From: a virus
Reading direction: 5' to 3' (one strand)
IMG/VR virus record: IMGVR_UViG_3300030117_005585
Location: 13,754 to 77,753 of that record
Length of the DNA stretch: 64,000 bases
The translations under genes were made by a program, and so were the position numbers. How positions within the stretch are numbered: position 1 is the stretch's first letter; each line of letters opens with the position of its first letter. A model generated the notes under the pieces. The model saw only the letters and a list, made by a program, of their open reading frames with translations. It did no database searches and was not told the origin of the DNA. Positions 9,713 to 20,821 of the stretch are shown here, piece after piece.

Positions 9713-12700
9713 TTAACCTAAAAAATATCCACCAAAATAAGTCATTAAAACTGAAGAGTCTCCTTTGACATCAGAGGTGTCTCCTGCGCCACTTTGTGGT
9801 GCAACATGCACTTCAGCAGTATCACTAGCATCCATATCAGCTACTATTGTGCCATGAAGTGTTATTCCTGATGTGGTGTTACCACTAACCTGACCTACCC
9901 TATAGGTTCTGTTACTTGTTACAAATTTCAATGTATAATGTTTACTAGTATCTAAACCACTTCCCTGAAATCTTATTACAGAGTAAAGAACATACTTACC
10001 AGTGCGAGCTGCCGAAAATGTACTTGATGCAAAATTACTCAGTACATCATATACTTCAGTAGTGAATGTAATCTTATTATCTGAACCCGCAGTTAAATTA
10101 TTTTGGTTTGAAGTTTTTCGGGCAAGAAAAGCAGGTTGACGGTCTAGCTTAATTCCCGAAGAGGTTAAATCTATTACCTTTTGGTTATTTGCATAGAACC
10201 GAAGTTGGTTACTATTTGAGGTATCAAAATATGTATCTGAATCACTGCCACGAAACATTGGTGCTTGAAACCTTTCGACAGCCTTATGAACGCCCCTTGT
10301 TGTAATTGCGTCATTAGGGGCCCGTGCATATAAATCAGCTATCACAGCATTCTCAGTCTCTAATACTGCAAGGTATGGTGCTCTTCTCATTCTCATTTCT
10401 GTTATGATGAACCCATCTAAGGTTCCACCACCACCACTGACATTAGCATTCAGCTCACCCTTGCCTTGGTATGTACTCATCACATCTGATGTAAAGAAAC
10501 CAACCTTTAACTCAATTTTGATAGCTGTAGTTAAGGTAAAGGCTTCACCTTGAATAGCTGTTCCGGCCGATTTAATCAATTCTGCCTTAGTACACATTGG
10601 GATACTCCATATACTCCAATCACCAGTTCCGTTGTGTTTTTGTGCATCACCATACATGACAGAATCATCAGAAGCCTTTAAGATTTTGACTTGTGACAGT
10701 TGCTGATATCCAGCAAAGTTTCCCGCATCTCTTATTGCGAATTCAAGAAAACATTCAAATAAATCGCTTTGTGTCAATGGTATGTTGATTTCTGCGCTTG
10801 TCAATGTAGTGAAGAGTGAGCCCTGAGTACGAGCAAAACCTGCGGTGGTTATATCACTTCCATTACCATCGGATAAGTCCACACCCATCTTTGGAATACC
10901 ACCATGTGTACCAAACGTGCTACCGTAATCATTATGATAAACATTAGCATCGTATAAATATTTGGATTCTCTGCTATCTGCACTACCTTTTGCTCTACCT
11001 TCAGCCTGACCAACAGACTTGAAGACTGATGGTGGAGGATCCGCAGCCGCATCGCTCCTCGTATCCTCTGGAGTCAATTCCATCTGTGCTACGGTTGGGC
11101 TAATTCCATCACCATCAGAGAACTTTATAACGATATTTCTTGGATTTCCACTACTCAGAGTTGGAGTCCAGCCCCAAGATGAAGCAGATAAATCTGAAAG
11201 ATGTGCAGATAGGAAACGATTGCTCACAAATGCACTTGTGGTTGTAGTTTCGTCTATCCAAGTCTCAACAACTTTAAATCCATCATTTGAGCCTGTTGCA
11301 TTTGCATTAGGAACTAAAGAACCCATCACACTTATATCTTGAAATGTACCTTCTTGTGCGCTCAAATCACCGCTCATTGTAACATTACCTTCAGGCGTTA
11401 AATGAAAGTTATCTGATTTCATTTCAATATTTCCATTTGAACCACTGACGAATTGACTACCACCACCTAAGAGAAAATTAGATGAACTCATAATCAAATC
11501 AGTTCCATCAAATAATATTCTACTACCTGTTGGTTGTCCTACACTAAAAAATTCATTTTTACTATCGATATGAAATTTAGACGAACTGATTTCTATATTA
11601 CTATTTGAACCACTGACAAAATTTTGATTCAAATCACCAAGTAAAAATGTTGGAGCTTCTAATTTGATTTGTGAGCCTGATAGGAAAGCAACTTCACTCA
11701 TCAATCCAAAGCCTGTAAAGCCTGATGGTACATTTCTACTGCCAGCCACACCACTTAAATCTCCAAGTCTAACTTTTAATTCAGTATCATAAATAGCAGA
11801 ACCAGTTCTTTCAACAATATCCATATAAGGTGTGGCAGTATCATTTGGATTAGCATTTATTCTTACAAAGCCTGTTCCTATTTTACCAGTAGAAACGATT
11901 ACTTGACTGCCGGAATAAAATGTTGCAGCACTAGCAGTATCACCTAATGATGAACTGTCTTGTCCAGTGGGTTGTGAACCTGAATAACCTCTGATTAAAT
12001 AAAGTTGTCCCGATAAATCCGTATCACTGCCGGGTGCAGCTAACGAAGATGATTCAACCCTTACATATTCTGTGGAAAACCCTGTATCCGTTACTTTCTT
12101 TAGTACAAGTATTTCACCTACTGAAAAACCTGAAACATTTGCCACAGACATTGTTGTTTCGTTTGCTGGATAATTACCTTCTGTTCTTCCGCCTGATGCT
12201 AATGTGGTTGGAAATGCAGAAGAGGTTAGTGTAGTGGAATTAGCAACATACAATTGTCCACCTACAGCATTGACACTCTCTTTTTCAAAAGTAGTGGTAG
12301 CCATCGTACCACGAATCTTCGCATTCTCTACCTCTAAGAAACCACCTTGTGCTGCTGTTAGTATAAAACCAGAACCGGCTACATCTTGTTGGAATCCGGC
12401 AGATTTAATCGTTCCATTTCTATCCAATACTAATTCACCACCTGTGATTTGGTCAGCAGTAATTTCGAACCCACCAATTGTATTACCACCTTGTCCTAAT
12501 TCTACAAGTATGTCACTATCGGCAACGCCCGTTCCATCAAAAATTTTCATACCGAATTCACCCGGCGCAGTTTGTCCAAGATGAACTCTGTCATTACTAC
12601 CGTCACTTACTCTGAATTGCCTACCAGCAGGATCTAAAACCAAACTACCACCAGCACTTTCTATAGAGCCTGTTCCAACAGTCCAACCACCTATTGATGC

Positions 12701-15385
12701 TGAAACAAATCTAGCTAATCCTTGTGAATTGATACTTGATGAAGCATTTAAATCAGTAGATTGTGCAGGACTTCCACCACCATCAACTCCTATAAAAGCA
12801 GGTGTTCTGATTGTATTAGCAGTCAAGTCAGCATTAATTGTCGTACCCGCACCTATAATTAAACTGTCATTTGCAGGATCTAAATGAAATAAAGAAGAAC
12901 TTATTTCTATGTCTCCACCACTACCACTAATAAACTGTCCAATACCACTAGGAGAATTTTCGTGCCTTCTTCCAACAAAAAATGCATCTGCTCTCACATC
13001 AAACAGAGACGGATTAGTTCTGAATTTAAATGAACCACTAGCACCTACTAATTCTAAACCAACACCAGAATAGTTATCCCCACTATCTGGCAAAACCGAA
13101 CCACTATAAATCATAAATCCATATGAGCCTGACTGAGCTGATGCTGATATAAATCCTTCATATCCAACTGACCTCATAAAGCCTGAACCCTCTGCACCTG
13201 CACCACCTGTTTCAGGTAAGGTTGATGTAACACCGCCTAAGTGCATACCACCACCTATTGTATCTCCACCGATGAACAAACTACTTTCTAGTACATTATC
13301 GTTTCCAGTAATTGTCATATTGGTTCCTTGAAAGATTATATCTTTTTCATATATGACTGTATCGGAAATATTATTATTTACATCGTAAAATTCAACTAAA
13401 AACTCAAACTTATCAGGTCTTTTATGACTTAGAGCAGCAGGCAATTCTTGTTGAAACTGAAAGAATGATGGTGAAAAACCTGTATCATCTGAGGGTGTTA
13501 TGGATAAATCAGATACATTCCATTCCCCATGCAAAGCCCTAAGTTGTAGAACACCACTACCACTAATATTAGGAGTAAAGTTATGAGTTAGTAATCCAAA
13601 ATCTTTTTTCAAATCATCATCAGAATTTATCTCTAAGGCACCAAGTCTTTGTCCGTAATCTGATGATTCTTTTATATCTCTACGAGTGTTTGGATAATTA
13701 TATAAAGACTTTTTTTGTTTCATAGATGAGCCTGAAACATACATTAATAGAACGGCAGTTTTATTGTGTTTTCTCTCTCCAACTATTCTACCACTCAATG
13801 TGTAATCTATGCCAGGTTTTAATTGAAACGAATATTCGTCTTTTAGCTGAAATCTGATCTGATGTTCGTCATTGTTCAAGCTACCCGAAATTAGTATTGA
13901 GTCCAACATTTTTTCATTAGAATATGAAGCAGACAAATCTGCAGCTGCCGCCGGCATTTCAAATAAACCATCAGTTCCACCGTAAACATCCCAATAGTCT
14001 GATATGTCTTTTTGTTTGATTGGATAGCCTGTTCTTTCTCCCTGTCCAACTGATGCATCATCAACTAATAACTCACGACCCTCTAATGGAACTTCGGCTA
14101 GTAATTTAAAATCATCAAAACCACCTTCACTTTTTACATATACTTTGACTTTAAAAATATCACCTGAGAATGTTCTCATAGTGTTTAATTGAATATCAGC
14201 ATAAGAAACTAAATTTGCTTCAGCATAAGAGCCAGTAGGCATAGATTCAAAAAGTATCTGTCCTTTTGCAAAAATAGGTAGAACAATATTTTCACCATTA
14301 TTATTTTTGTTTGTGAATGGAAATTCAACCATAGCAGTTCTGTCATTCACCAAATCAACTATCGATGCAGTATATGGTGTTGGTGTGACATTTGTGAGAG
14401 TGGGTACTTTTGAGGTATCGTATGTTGGAGTTTCTAAATTTAGTCCGACATTATCTAGTACATCGGTTGGATAAAATTCTGAGTTTGTGAATAAGTTGCC
14501 TAAGGATGAATCAGAGAATTGAACTGTTCCACCAATATGTTTTGTATTAAATCTGAATGTTTCATCCCCATCAAAATCACCAATTCTCAGTAAGTAAGGA
14601 AATTTAACAGGTGAATTTCTTTTTGCACTAAATCCCGACCTTTTACCCGCACTATTTTTTCTTAACCCTTTTCTGAACTTTAATTTTCTAGTTTCTACAA
14701 AGGCTTTAGAACCTTTTTGTTTTGATGGAGCAGTAGCATCGACTTCGGATAAAATTCCTTGTGAAATCTCTTCATCTACGGCACCGAATGGTTTAAATAG
14801 TAAATCTCTATCGGTTGGAGAACCTTCGATATTAAATAAAGAACTTGTTATCGAACCAGTAATTTCACTTCTCACCATAGTACCTAACTGAGTTTCAACT
14901 ACTCTTATTGTTGGTTGATTAAAAAATTTGATTGGTTGAGTGTTTACTGCTGTTGGATTGATAATAACTTCTTTTGTCAATCTCACATTGTAAAAACCAT
15001 CAAACTCTGGCGGAATAGCAGTAGCATTACTGAAAATAGTACCGTCTTCAGGCACAGTCTCTAATTCACCGACTATAATCAATGTTGCTATTCCCGCAGC
15101 AGTATCCGAATATACTTCCATAGAAACTCTACGTGATGTTCCTTCCAAATAGTCAGCGACAGGTTCAGTGTATATACTATTACCTTCAGAGTCAATAAAA
15201 TCTATTTGTAATTCTACACCATCCCTCATAAATGGTGAAGTTTCTATGAGAAAGGAACTTCTACCTTGAGGTAAACTCTCTGGCATATCTGAGATGATTA
15301 TATGTTTCGACTTATCTACATCATCAATCAGTACATCTATTTCATCAAGATCTAAAAGTTCTTTGAATCTTTTTACTATTGCCAT
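9713..15385 (-). CDS. Large virion structural / tail fibre protein with C-terminal C1q-like domain
   Basis: 1890 aa, Gly/Ser-rich beta repeats (IGGWTV, IGGFEI); C-terminal PAFLA...ITFTTEVYD...FSAARTGKY pattern is C1q-like. Confidence 0.75.
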   Translation of the reverse strand: MAIVKRFKELLDLDEIDVLIDDVDKSKHIIISDMPESLPQGRSSFLIETSPFMRDGVELQIDFIDSEGNSIYTEPVADYLEGTSRRVSMEVYSDTAAGIATLIIVGELETVPEDGTIFSNATAIPPEFDGFYNVRLTKEVIINPTAVNTQPIKFFNQPTIRVVETQLGTMVRSEITGSITSSLFNIEGSPTDRDLLFKPFGAVDEEISQGILSEVDATAPSKQKGSKAFVETRKLKFRKGLRKNSAGKRSGFSAKRNSPVKFPYLLRIGDFDGDETFRFNTKHIGGTVQFSDSSLGNLFTNSEFYPTDVLDNVGLNLETPTYDTSKVPTLTNVTPTPYTASIVDLVNDRTAMVEFPFTNKNNNGENIVLPIFAKGQILFESMPTGSYAEANLVSYADIQLNTMRTFSGDIFKVKVYVKSEGGFDDFKLLAEVPLEGRELLVDDASVGQGERTGYPIKQKDISDYWDVYGGTDGLFEMPAAAADLSASYSNEKMLDSILISGSLNNDEHQIRFQLKDEYSFQLKPGIDYTLSGRIVGERKHNKTAVLLMYVSGSSMKQKKSLYNYPNTRRDIKESSDYGQRLGALEINSDDDLKKDFGLLTHNFTPNISGSGVLQLRALHGEWNVSDLSITPSDDTGFSPSFFQFQQELPAALSHKRPDKFEFLVEFYDVNNNISDTVIYEKDIIFQGTNMTITGNDNVLESSLFIGGDTIGGGMHLGGVTSTLPETGGAGAEGSGFMRSVGYEGFISASAQSGSYGFMIYSGSVLPDSGDNYSGVGLELVGASGSFKFRTNPSLFDVRADAFFVGRRHENSPSGIGQFISGSGGDIEISSSLFHLDPANDSLIIGAGTTINADLTANTIRTPAFIGVDGGGSPAQSTDLNASSSINSQGLARFVSASIGGWTVGTGSIESAGGSLVLDPAGRQFRVSDGSNDRVHLGQTAPGEFGMKIFDGTGVADSDILVELGQGGNTIGGFEITADQITGGELVLDRNGTIKSAGFQQDVAGSGFILTAAQGGFLEVENAKIRGTMATTTFEKESVNAVGGQLYVANSTTLTSSAFPTTLASGGRTEGNYPANETTMSVANVSGFSVGEILVLKKVTDTGFSTEYVRVESSSLAAPGSDTDLSGQLYLIRGYSGSQPTGQDSSSLGDTASAATFYSGSQVIVSTGKIGTGFVRINANPNDTATPYMDIVERTGSAIYDTELKVRLGDLSGVAGSRNVPSGFTGFGLMSEVAFLSGSQIKLEAPTFLLGDLNQNFVSGSNSNIEISSSKFHIDSKNEFFSVGQPTGSRILFDGTDLIMSSSNFLLGGGSQFVSGSNGNIEMKSDNFHLTPEGNVTMSGDLSAQEGTFQDISVMGSLVPNANATGSNDGFKVVETWIDETTTTSAFVSNRFLSAHLSDLSASSWGWTPTLSSGNPRNIVIKFSDGDGISPTVAQMELTPEDTRSDAAADPPPSVFKSVGQAEGRAKGSADSRESKYLYDANVYHNDYGSTFGTHGGIPKMGVDLSDGNGSDITTAGFARTQGSLFTTLTSAEINIPLTQSDLFECFLEFAIRDAGNFAGYQQLSQVKILKASDDSVMYGDAQKHNGTGDWSIWSIPMCTKAELIKSAGTAIQGEAFTLTTAIKIELKVGFFTSDVMSTYQGKGELNANVSGGGGTLDGFIITEMRMRRAPYLAVLETENAVIADLYARAPNDAITTRGVHKAVERFQAPMFRGSDSDTYFDTSNSNQLRFYANNQKVIDLTSSGIKLDRQPAFLARKTSNQNNLTAGSDNKITFTTEVYDVLSNFASSTFSAARTGKYVLYSVIRFQGSGLDTSKHYTLKFVTSNRTYRVGQVSGNTTSGITLHGTIVADMDASDTAEVHVAPQSGAGDTSDVKGDSSVLMTYFGGYFLG

Positions 15386-15472
15386 TAATTTTTCCGTGAT
15401 TTATTATTAATAAATATTACAAAATAAAATATTTATATTTAATAATATGTATAATATACGGAGATTATCGGT

Positions 15473-15643
15473 ATGAAAAAGAAATATTCTTTCACTATAG
15501 AGGAGTCGCTAATGGATTGGTTTAGAATATATGTAAGAGATGAAAGCACTACTATGAGCGCTGTTCTGAATCAACATATACTGAGACTTAAAAGAAATGA
15601 GTCTAAGCCTAAAAATTTATTAGTTAGTCAAAAAAGACATTAG
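15473..15643 (+). CDS. Small ribbon-helix-helix (CopG/Arc-like) DNA-binding protein
   Basis: Not in ORF track. 56 aa MKKKYSFTIEESLMDWFRIYVRDESTTMSAVLNQHILRLKR...; GGAG RBS; plus-strand ATATTTATA at 15429. Confidence 0.65.
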   Translation: MKKKYSFTIEESLMDWFRIYVRDESTTMSAVLNQHILRLKRNESKPKNLLVSQKRH

Positions 15644-18600
15644 AAAAAGTATCTTCTTTTTTTACTTCTAATAATGTATCGACAGCATCTCTCATAGAAT
15701 CTATGTGAGATACAATTAGTGTAAACTGAAATTGTGATTTCAAATACTGAAATAAATTATAGACAGAATTTAGATTATCAGAATCCATAGTTCCCCAACC
15801 CTCATCAATAGCTAAAAAGTTAGCAGATGGTAGATTACTTACATTTACTAATCCCACACGCATAGCTAAAGATGATATAAATCGTTCCATACCGCTAGAT
15901 AGTTCAAGCGGCCATACATTGTCATCATCATATACTATGTAGCAATTTATGTTTTTTCCATCCATTTCAAGCACCATAGAAAAGTCAACTATTTGTGCCA
16001 GTATGTCGTTGACAGCACCCTCAATAGTTGGGAGTGCCTTAGAAATTAATTCATATGGTATACCATCTCTTTTGATAGCATCCATATAGTATTGATAAGC
16101 AGCATATTTATCCTCTAACTCTTCGACTTTCTTAATATTTTGCATAATATTTTTTCTTTGAGTTTCTAATACCTTTATCTCACCATTAACAGATTGAAGT
16201 TTTTTATCTGTATCTTCTATGTGAATTTCCAAATTATCAGAATTATTTTGTGCTTGACTTATATCTTTATGCAAACCTTTGTTGAAAATAATGTCTTTTT
16301 CCTGCTCATGATACAAATTGATTTTATCTTCTATTATTGCTAATTGACTAATTAGATTTTTTCTCTTTTCTGTAGTTAGTTTTTTCTCACTATCTAATTT
16401 ACTGATATTAGAAGTTAGTAAGCTAAGACTATTTATAGATTCATCCATCTGTTCTTTATGAGTTGTGATATGAGATAAACCATTTATAATATCGTTCAAG
16501 TTATCAGATTGTTTTACAAAAGTATCTGCTAACATCTTATCATCGTTTAACTTTTTCTTTGTTTCCATAGCATCTAATGTAAATGGATTGCTCATACAAT
16601 AATCACAATTAGAATCATATTCTAAATTACCAAGCTTATCAATCTTATCTAATTTGTTTTTCACTTCTATTTTTAGTTTGTCAATCTCAATTTGATTATT
16701 GCTCTTATCTAATTTATATTGTTCTAATTGAGCATACTTTTTGTCTACTTCATTTTTCTTATAGATTTTAATTTTCTCATTGAGTTCAGTTTCTTCAACA
16801 GAATATTGTTCTGATAATGTGGCAATCTCACCAACTCTATCATCAACCTTATTTAAAGAATTGGTGAGGTTCATTTTTCTTTCTTGCAATTCGTCTAAAC
16901 TTTCAGCAGTCTCATCTACTTTTCTTAATTTTTTAGTAAGTTCAATAATCCTCTTATCTTCTTCTTTTTTCTGTTTTACTAACTTTCTTTTAGATGAACT
17001 AAACTCTTTGGAATCTTTTTTCATACCAACTAAAGAATCTTTTATTTGAGCCAAATCCCTATCGTAAGTATTGTTAGTAAATGATTTGAGAAGAGATTGT
17101 ACATCACTAATTTCATCTGCAGCTAATGTATATAATTGGTCGAATACACCGATACCCATAAATTGTGCTAGTAAATCTTTTCTTTCTTTTTGAGTCTTAT
17201 CAATAAATACTGTAGAATTGGTTTGAAGTGATAAAGCAGTCATAATAAAATCTTCATAAGTTCCAATAACCTTACGAATATTTACATCGGTTGTTCGTCT
17301 TTGGTCTCCATTCAAAGATAATTTTTCATTAGCATCATCAAATGTGTAAAACTCTACATTTACTTTTACATGACCATTTCGTTGTTTCTTACCAGTCCTT
17401 TCAATAAAGTATTCAACACCTTCAACTTCTAATGTTGCCTTACAATAAAAGTCATTCTTTTTACTATTCAAAACATTGATAGCTTTAAAAGCTCGAGAAG
17501 ATGTATCAAATAAACAGAATGAAAGAGCATCTAGTAAAGATGATTTACCACTTGCGTTCGGTGCAAACATTCCAATGATTCCATTTAGTTTTGTAAAGTC
17601 TACAACATTACCTTCACCATAACTAAACATATTATCAAACTCAAACTTTTTGACTTGCCACATTACACCTCTGTTTACATTTTCTTCTGGCAATCTACCA
17701 TTAAGTTCTTCATTAATTTTTTTAATATCTATTAAAGTGGCATCATCTACAAAGTGATTCTGTTTCAAATACTCTTCAACTAACCCATACTGATAGTCAG
17801 CATCACTCACATTACCAACTGTGATTCTCTGACCTCTAACTTTTTCTGTTGAACCTAACGAATCTGTTCTAGTTACTGAAACTTCTTTGACTCCATACTC
17901 ACTATGAATTAGTGTCATAGCCTTTTTTAACTCAGATGGGGATGTGTTAGATACCCTTACTCTTAATCTAGCCTTTTTGGGAATATCTGGACAGTCAGGA
18001 ACCTTACCATTTTCAATATTAATGGTATAGTAGCCGTAGTCATTCGGTATCTCTATATACTCTGATTTTCTCTTCGGAACATCCCACAATAAATAACCGT
18101 GGCTCAAACCTTCTCCATGATTTTGTTGAACCAGAGAACCACAATAAGATATGGTTTCTTTTTTATTGAGATGCTGTCTTTTGTGGATGTCGCCAAGCAA
18201 TCCCAAATCGTAACCTTTGAACTTAGATATTTTCACATCTGATGGTAGATGGAATCCTAAATCCGTTTCTGATTTATCGACTGTTCCATGAAAGAGAACT
18301 ATCTTAGTATCACCCTCTACATCTTTAGCCTCAATATAGTCATCTTCTTTTTCCCAAACATCCCATACAACGAACTTTACATCAGCGCATTTGTAAACAC
18401 CACTACGCTTTAAGTAATGTAAATTAGGGTGTTGTAGATTATTTACTATTGGGGAAAGAACATCCATTCTAGAAAGATTATTTAAATTACAATCGTGATT
18501 TCCTGCAATTAGAATTGTAGGGCATATGTCGGATAGATTTTTAAATAATCTCGAAAGCTGGTCGACTAACTCAGGCGACATTTCGGTTTTTGAGTGTGCT

Positions 18601-18779
18601 ATATCACCACCGATATAGACTACGGCATTATCTTTATGTTTTTTTACCTGCTCGTATGTGCGTTCAAATACTTCTTCATATTCCTTATGTCGCTTAAGGT
18701 TACGGATTTGGATATCCGAAATATGATGTATGTATTTTAATTTACGAAAAGGTACTTTAACAACATTTTCTTTAATCAA
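15624..18779 (-). CDS. Fused Mre11/SbcD phosphoesterase - Rad50/SbcC ATPase (T4 gp47+gp46-like)
   Basis: HISDIQ, GGDIAH, GNHD, FHG, GDIH; Walker A NASGKSS, Zn-hook CDYC, signature LSSGME, Walker B IDEG. Confidence 0.92.
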   Translation of the reverse strand: MIKENVVKVPFRKLKYIHHISDIQIRNLKRHKEYEEVFERTYEQVKKHKDNAVVYIGGDIAHSKTEMSPELVDQLSRLFKNLSDICPTILIAGNHDCNLNNLSRMDVLSPIVNNLQHPNLHYLKRSGVYKCADVKFVVWDVWEKEDDYIEAKDVEGDTKIVLFHGTVDKSETDLGFHLPSDVKISKFKGYDLGLLGDIHKRQHLNKKETISYCGSLVQQNHGEGLSHGYLLWDVPKRKSEYIEIPNDYGYYTINIENGKVPDCPDIPKKARLRVRVSNTSPSELKKAMTLIHSEYGVKEVSVTRTDSLGSTEKVRGQRITVGNVSDADYQYGLVEEYLKQNHFVDDATLIDIKKINEELNGRLPEENVNRGVMWQVKKFEFDNMFSYGEGNVVDFTKLNGIIGMFAPNASGKSSLLDALSFCLFDTSSRAFKAINVLNSKKNDFYCKATLEVEGVEYFIERTGKKQRNGHVKVNVEFYTFDDANEKLSLNGDQRRTTDVNIRKVIGTYEDFIMTALSLQTNSTVFIDKTQKERKDLLAQFMGIGVFDQLYTLAADEISDVQSLLKSFTNNTYDRDLAQIKDSLVGMKKDSKEFSSSKRKLVKQKKEEDKRIIELTKKLRKVDETAESLDELQERKMNLTNSLNKVDDRVGEIATLSEQYSVEETELNEKIKIYKKNEVDKKYAQLEQYKLDKSNNQIEIDKLKIEVKNKLDKIDKLGNLEYDSNCDYCMSNPFTLDAMETKKKLNDDKMLADTFVKQSDNLNDIINGLSHITTHKEQMDESINSLSLLTSNISKLDSEKKLTTEKRKNLISQLAIIEDKINLYHEQEKDIIFNKGLHKDISQAQNNSDNLEIHIEDTDKKLQSVNGEIKVLETQRKNIMQNIKKVEELEDKYAAYQYYMDAIKRDGIPYELISKALPTIEGAVNDILAQIVDFSMVLEMDGKNINCYIVYDDDNVWPLELSSGMERFISSLAMRVGLVNVSNLPSANFLAIDEGWGTMDSDNLNSVYNLFQYLKSQFQFTLIVSHIDSMRDAVDTLLEVKKEDTFSNVFFD

Positions 18780-18994
18780 GTATTATCCTTCAAGAACTTT
18801 TTAACTTTATCAATTTTACTATTTGGAACCACTACATCCCAAGATGTTTCTTCAGATAGTCTACCATTTTCATAGTATATAGTAGAACTGTCCAACTTAA
18901 AAGTGTCAATAAGTTTTTTACGAATGCTATCACTGTTGATGTGTACTTTCCACTCATCATCATTATATTTCCATATATTTTCGTTTTTTGCCAT
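18776..18994 (-). CDS. Hypothetical protein
   Basis: 72-aa ORF overlapping both neighbours. Confidence 0.65.
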   Translation of the reverse strand: MAKNENIWKYNDDEWKVHINSDSIRKKLIDTFKLDSSTIYYENGRLSEETSWDVVVPNSKIDKVKKFLKDNT

Positions 18995-19895
18995 TCAATT
19001 TCATCCTAACTAAATCAGAGAAAGAAGTTAACTTCGTATCTTTGATAAGGTTTATGGTTTTATAAAATCCCATATCGGAAGGGTCATCTTCTTTAATATT
19101 TACAAAATAAACATTAATGCCATTTTTCATAAAACCATCTATCATTTTAATAGAGTCTTTTATCGCATCTCTATCTAATAATATATATATAGTGTTAGTG
19201 CATTTTTCATATATTTTTTTCATAAGTAATTTCGGAACGGTTTTTCCAAAAAGAGGTATAGAATTTCTTTTTATTGCTATCGCATCAAATACTCCCTCAC
19301 ATAAAACTATTGGTTCATCCCAATTTATAAACAAATCAAATCCTATGATGTTTTTGGAAATAGGTGGATTTTTATATTTCATCCCACCTTTGTATATATC
19401 TCTACCAACAAAATAATTTAATTCACCATCAGAATTGTAGCTTGGTATTATTACTCTATTAGAGTATAAACCTTCATCACAATATCCGATACCGTAACGT
19501 AATATATCTCCTTTTGTAATACCTCTTCTTTTCAGATAAGCCATAGCATGTTTTTGTATAATTCCACCATCTTTAGTCCACAGTGGTTTGAATTCTTTCG
19601 GTAGGTGAACACTTTCTTTTTTTGATGCTGATGATAGTGAATGTGATGGTTTCCCAACTAAATCACCTAATTCAGTAAATTGCTCTCTACTGGCTTTTAA
19701 TTTTTTGAATAACTGAAATAAATTATGTCCACCCTGATTACTTACCCAACAATGCCATTTACCAGTCTTAACATTTATTTGTAATTTGGGTTTATGATGT
19801 GAAGTAAAAGGAGACCAATACATATACTCATCGGCTTTCTTTAATCGTCTACCGTGATTTCCTATTACTCTATTAAGAAGATTTATTATTTTCAT
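18963..19895 (-). CDS. DNA primase (TOPRIM)
   Basis: N-terminal WHCWV Zn-ribbon remnant; NRVIIP, YFVGR, KYKNP, LCEGVFD, LLDRD, DPSD. Confidence 0.92.
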   Translation of the reverse strand: MKIINLLNRVIGNHGRRLKKADEYMYWSPFTSHHKPKLQINVKTGKWHCWVSNQGGHNLFQLFKKLKASREQFTELGDLVGKPSHSLSSASKKESVHLPKEFKPLWTKDGGIIQKHAMAYLKRRGITKGDILRYGIGYCDEGLYSNRVIIPSYNSDGELNYFVGRDIYKGGMKYKNPPISKNIIGFDLFINWDEPIVLCEGVFDAIAIKRNSIPLFGKTVPKLLMKKIYEKCTNTIYILLDRDAIKDSIKMIDGFMKNGINVYFVNIKEDDPSDMGFYKTINLIKDTKLTSFSDLVRMKLNGKKRKYMEI

Positions 19896-20223
19896 TTATT
19901 AATTCTATAAATTTTTCGACATTAAGTACGGCGTATGTTTTACTTCTGTTTCTTTTAAATATCAACACAGGATTGTAATCACCACTATTTTCTTCTGCCT
20001 GATTCAATGAATCCCATATGTTTAGTTTTTCTTGATTTTTACATTCAAATGAGTAAGGAATAAGTTTACGAGCTGCTGGTGATAATTTGATATCTTCACC
20101 AGATTCTCCCATAATTGCTGAACGAATGTCATCAGGTTCTAACTGATTGAATGTTTCTAACAAAAGATCTCTTACAGAGTTTTGAAGTCTTTTGCCTTTA
20201 TTCTTGGCACTTCTTGATTTCAT
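19873..20223 (-). CDS. Holliday junction resolvase-like PD-(D/E)xK nuclease
   Basis: SAKNKGKRLQ, GEDI, FECKNQE. Confidence 0.8.
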   Translation of the reverse strand: MKSRSAKNKGKRLQNSVRDLLLETFNQLEPDDIRSAIMGESGEDIKLSPAARKLIPYSFECKNQEKLNIWDSLNQAEENSGDYNPVLIFKRNRSKTYAVLNVEKFIELINENNKSS

Positions 20224-20385
20224 ACTTAGTACTTGTTACTTGTTTATTTATTAATATTTAATTGAGATTACTAATTCAGGGCAAAAAGGTATTGATAAAA
20301 AACCTAAAAGAATTTTTTTATAACCAAAATCAAATGTTAACATTAATAATATATATATACAATTTTATTGTTATACAATTATTTT

Positions 20386-20811
20386 TTAATATATTTTGAA
20401 ATTTGATGAGCCAGTCACATACCAATATTCATTTACTAAAAAAATTTTAATTTTGTAATCACCCTTTTCAAAAACCTTTAAGTGACTTTTGAATATATCT
20501 GTATTTTTTACTGAATATAAATCACGATATACTGTGTAATAGTTACCAATTAAATTCTGTTCGTGTATTGGAAAACGTATTCGTGGTGATGTTGGTCTAA
20601 TAATGTAGTCAACTTGAATAATAAGTTTATTTGCGGGCCCTTCCCATTTCACAATTAAAGGCACTTCACCATCTATTGTAATATGCTGAATATGGTAAGG
20701 TGTTTGAACTTTTTTGATTTGTATTCTAGATTGCCCTCTTTTTGTATGTGGGGATATATGTGGTGGTTGGCATGAAAATAAAAGTATCAGTATTAGTAAA
20801 AAATTAACCAT
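20386..20811 (-). CDS. Putative lipoprotein
   Basis: Hydrophobic N-terminus ending in a LLFSC lipobox. Confidence 0.55.
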   Translation of the reverse strand: MVNFLLILILLFSCQPPHISPHTKRGQSRIQIKKVQTPYHIQHITIDGEVPLIVKWEGPANKLIIQVDYIIRPTSPRIRFPIHEQNLIGNYYTVYRDLYSVKNTDIFKSHLKVFEKGDYKIKIFLVNEYWYVTGSSNFKIY

Positions 20812-20821
20812 CTCAGGCTAC

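Noticed and set aside
20224-20385. AT-rich intergenic stretch as a replication origin
   Set aside because: No iterons; adequately explained by a TTGTAT-N17-TATATT promoter for the replication operon
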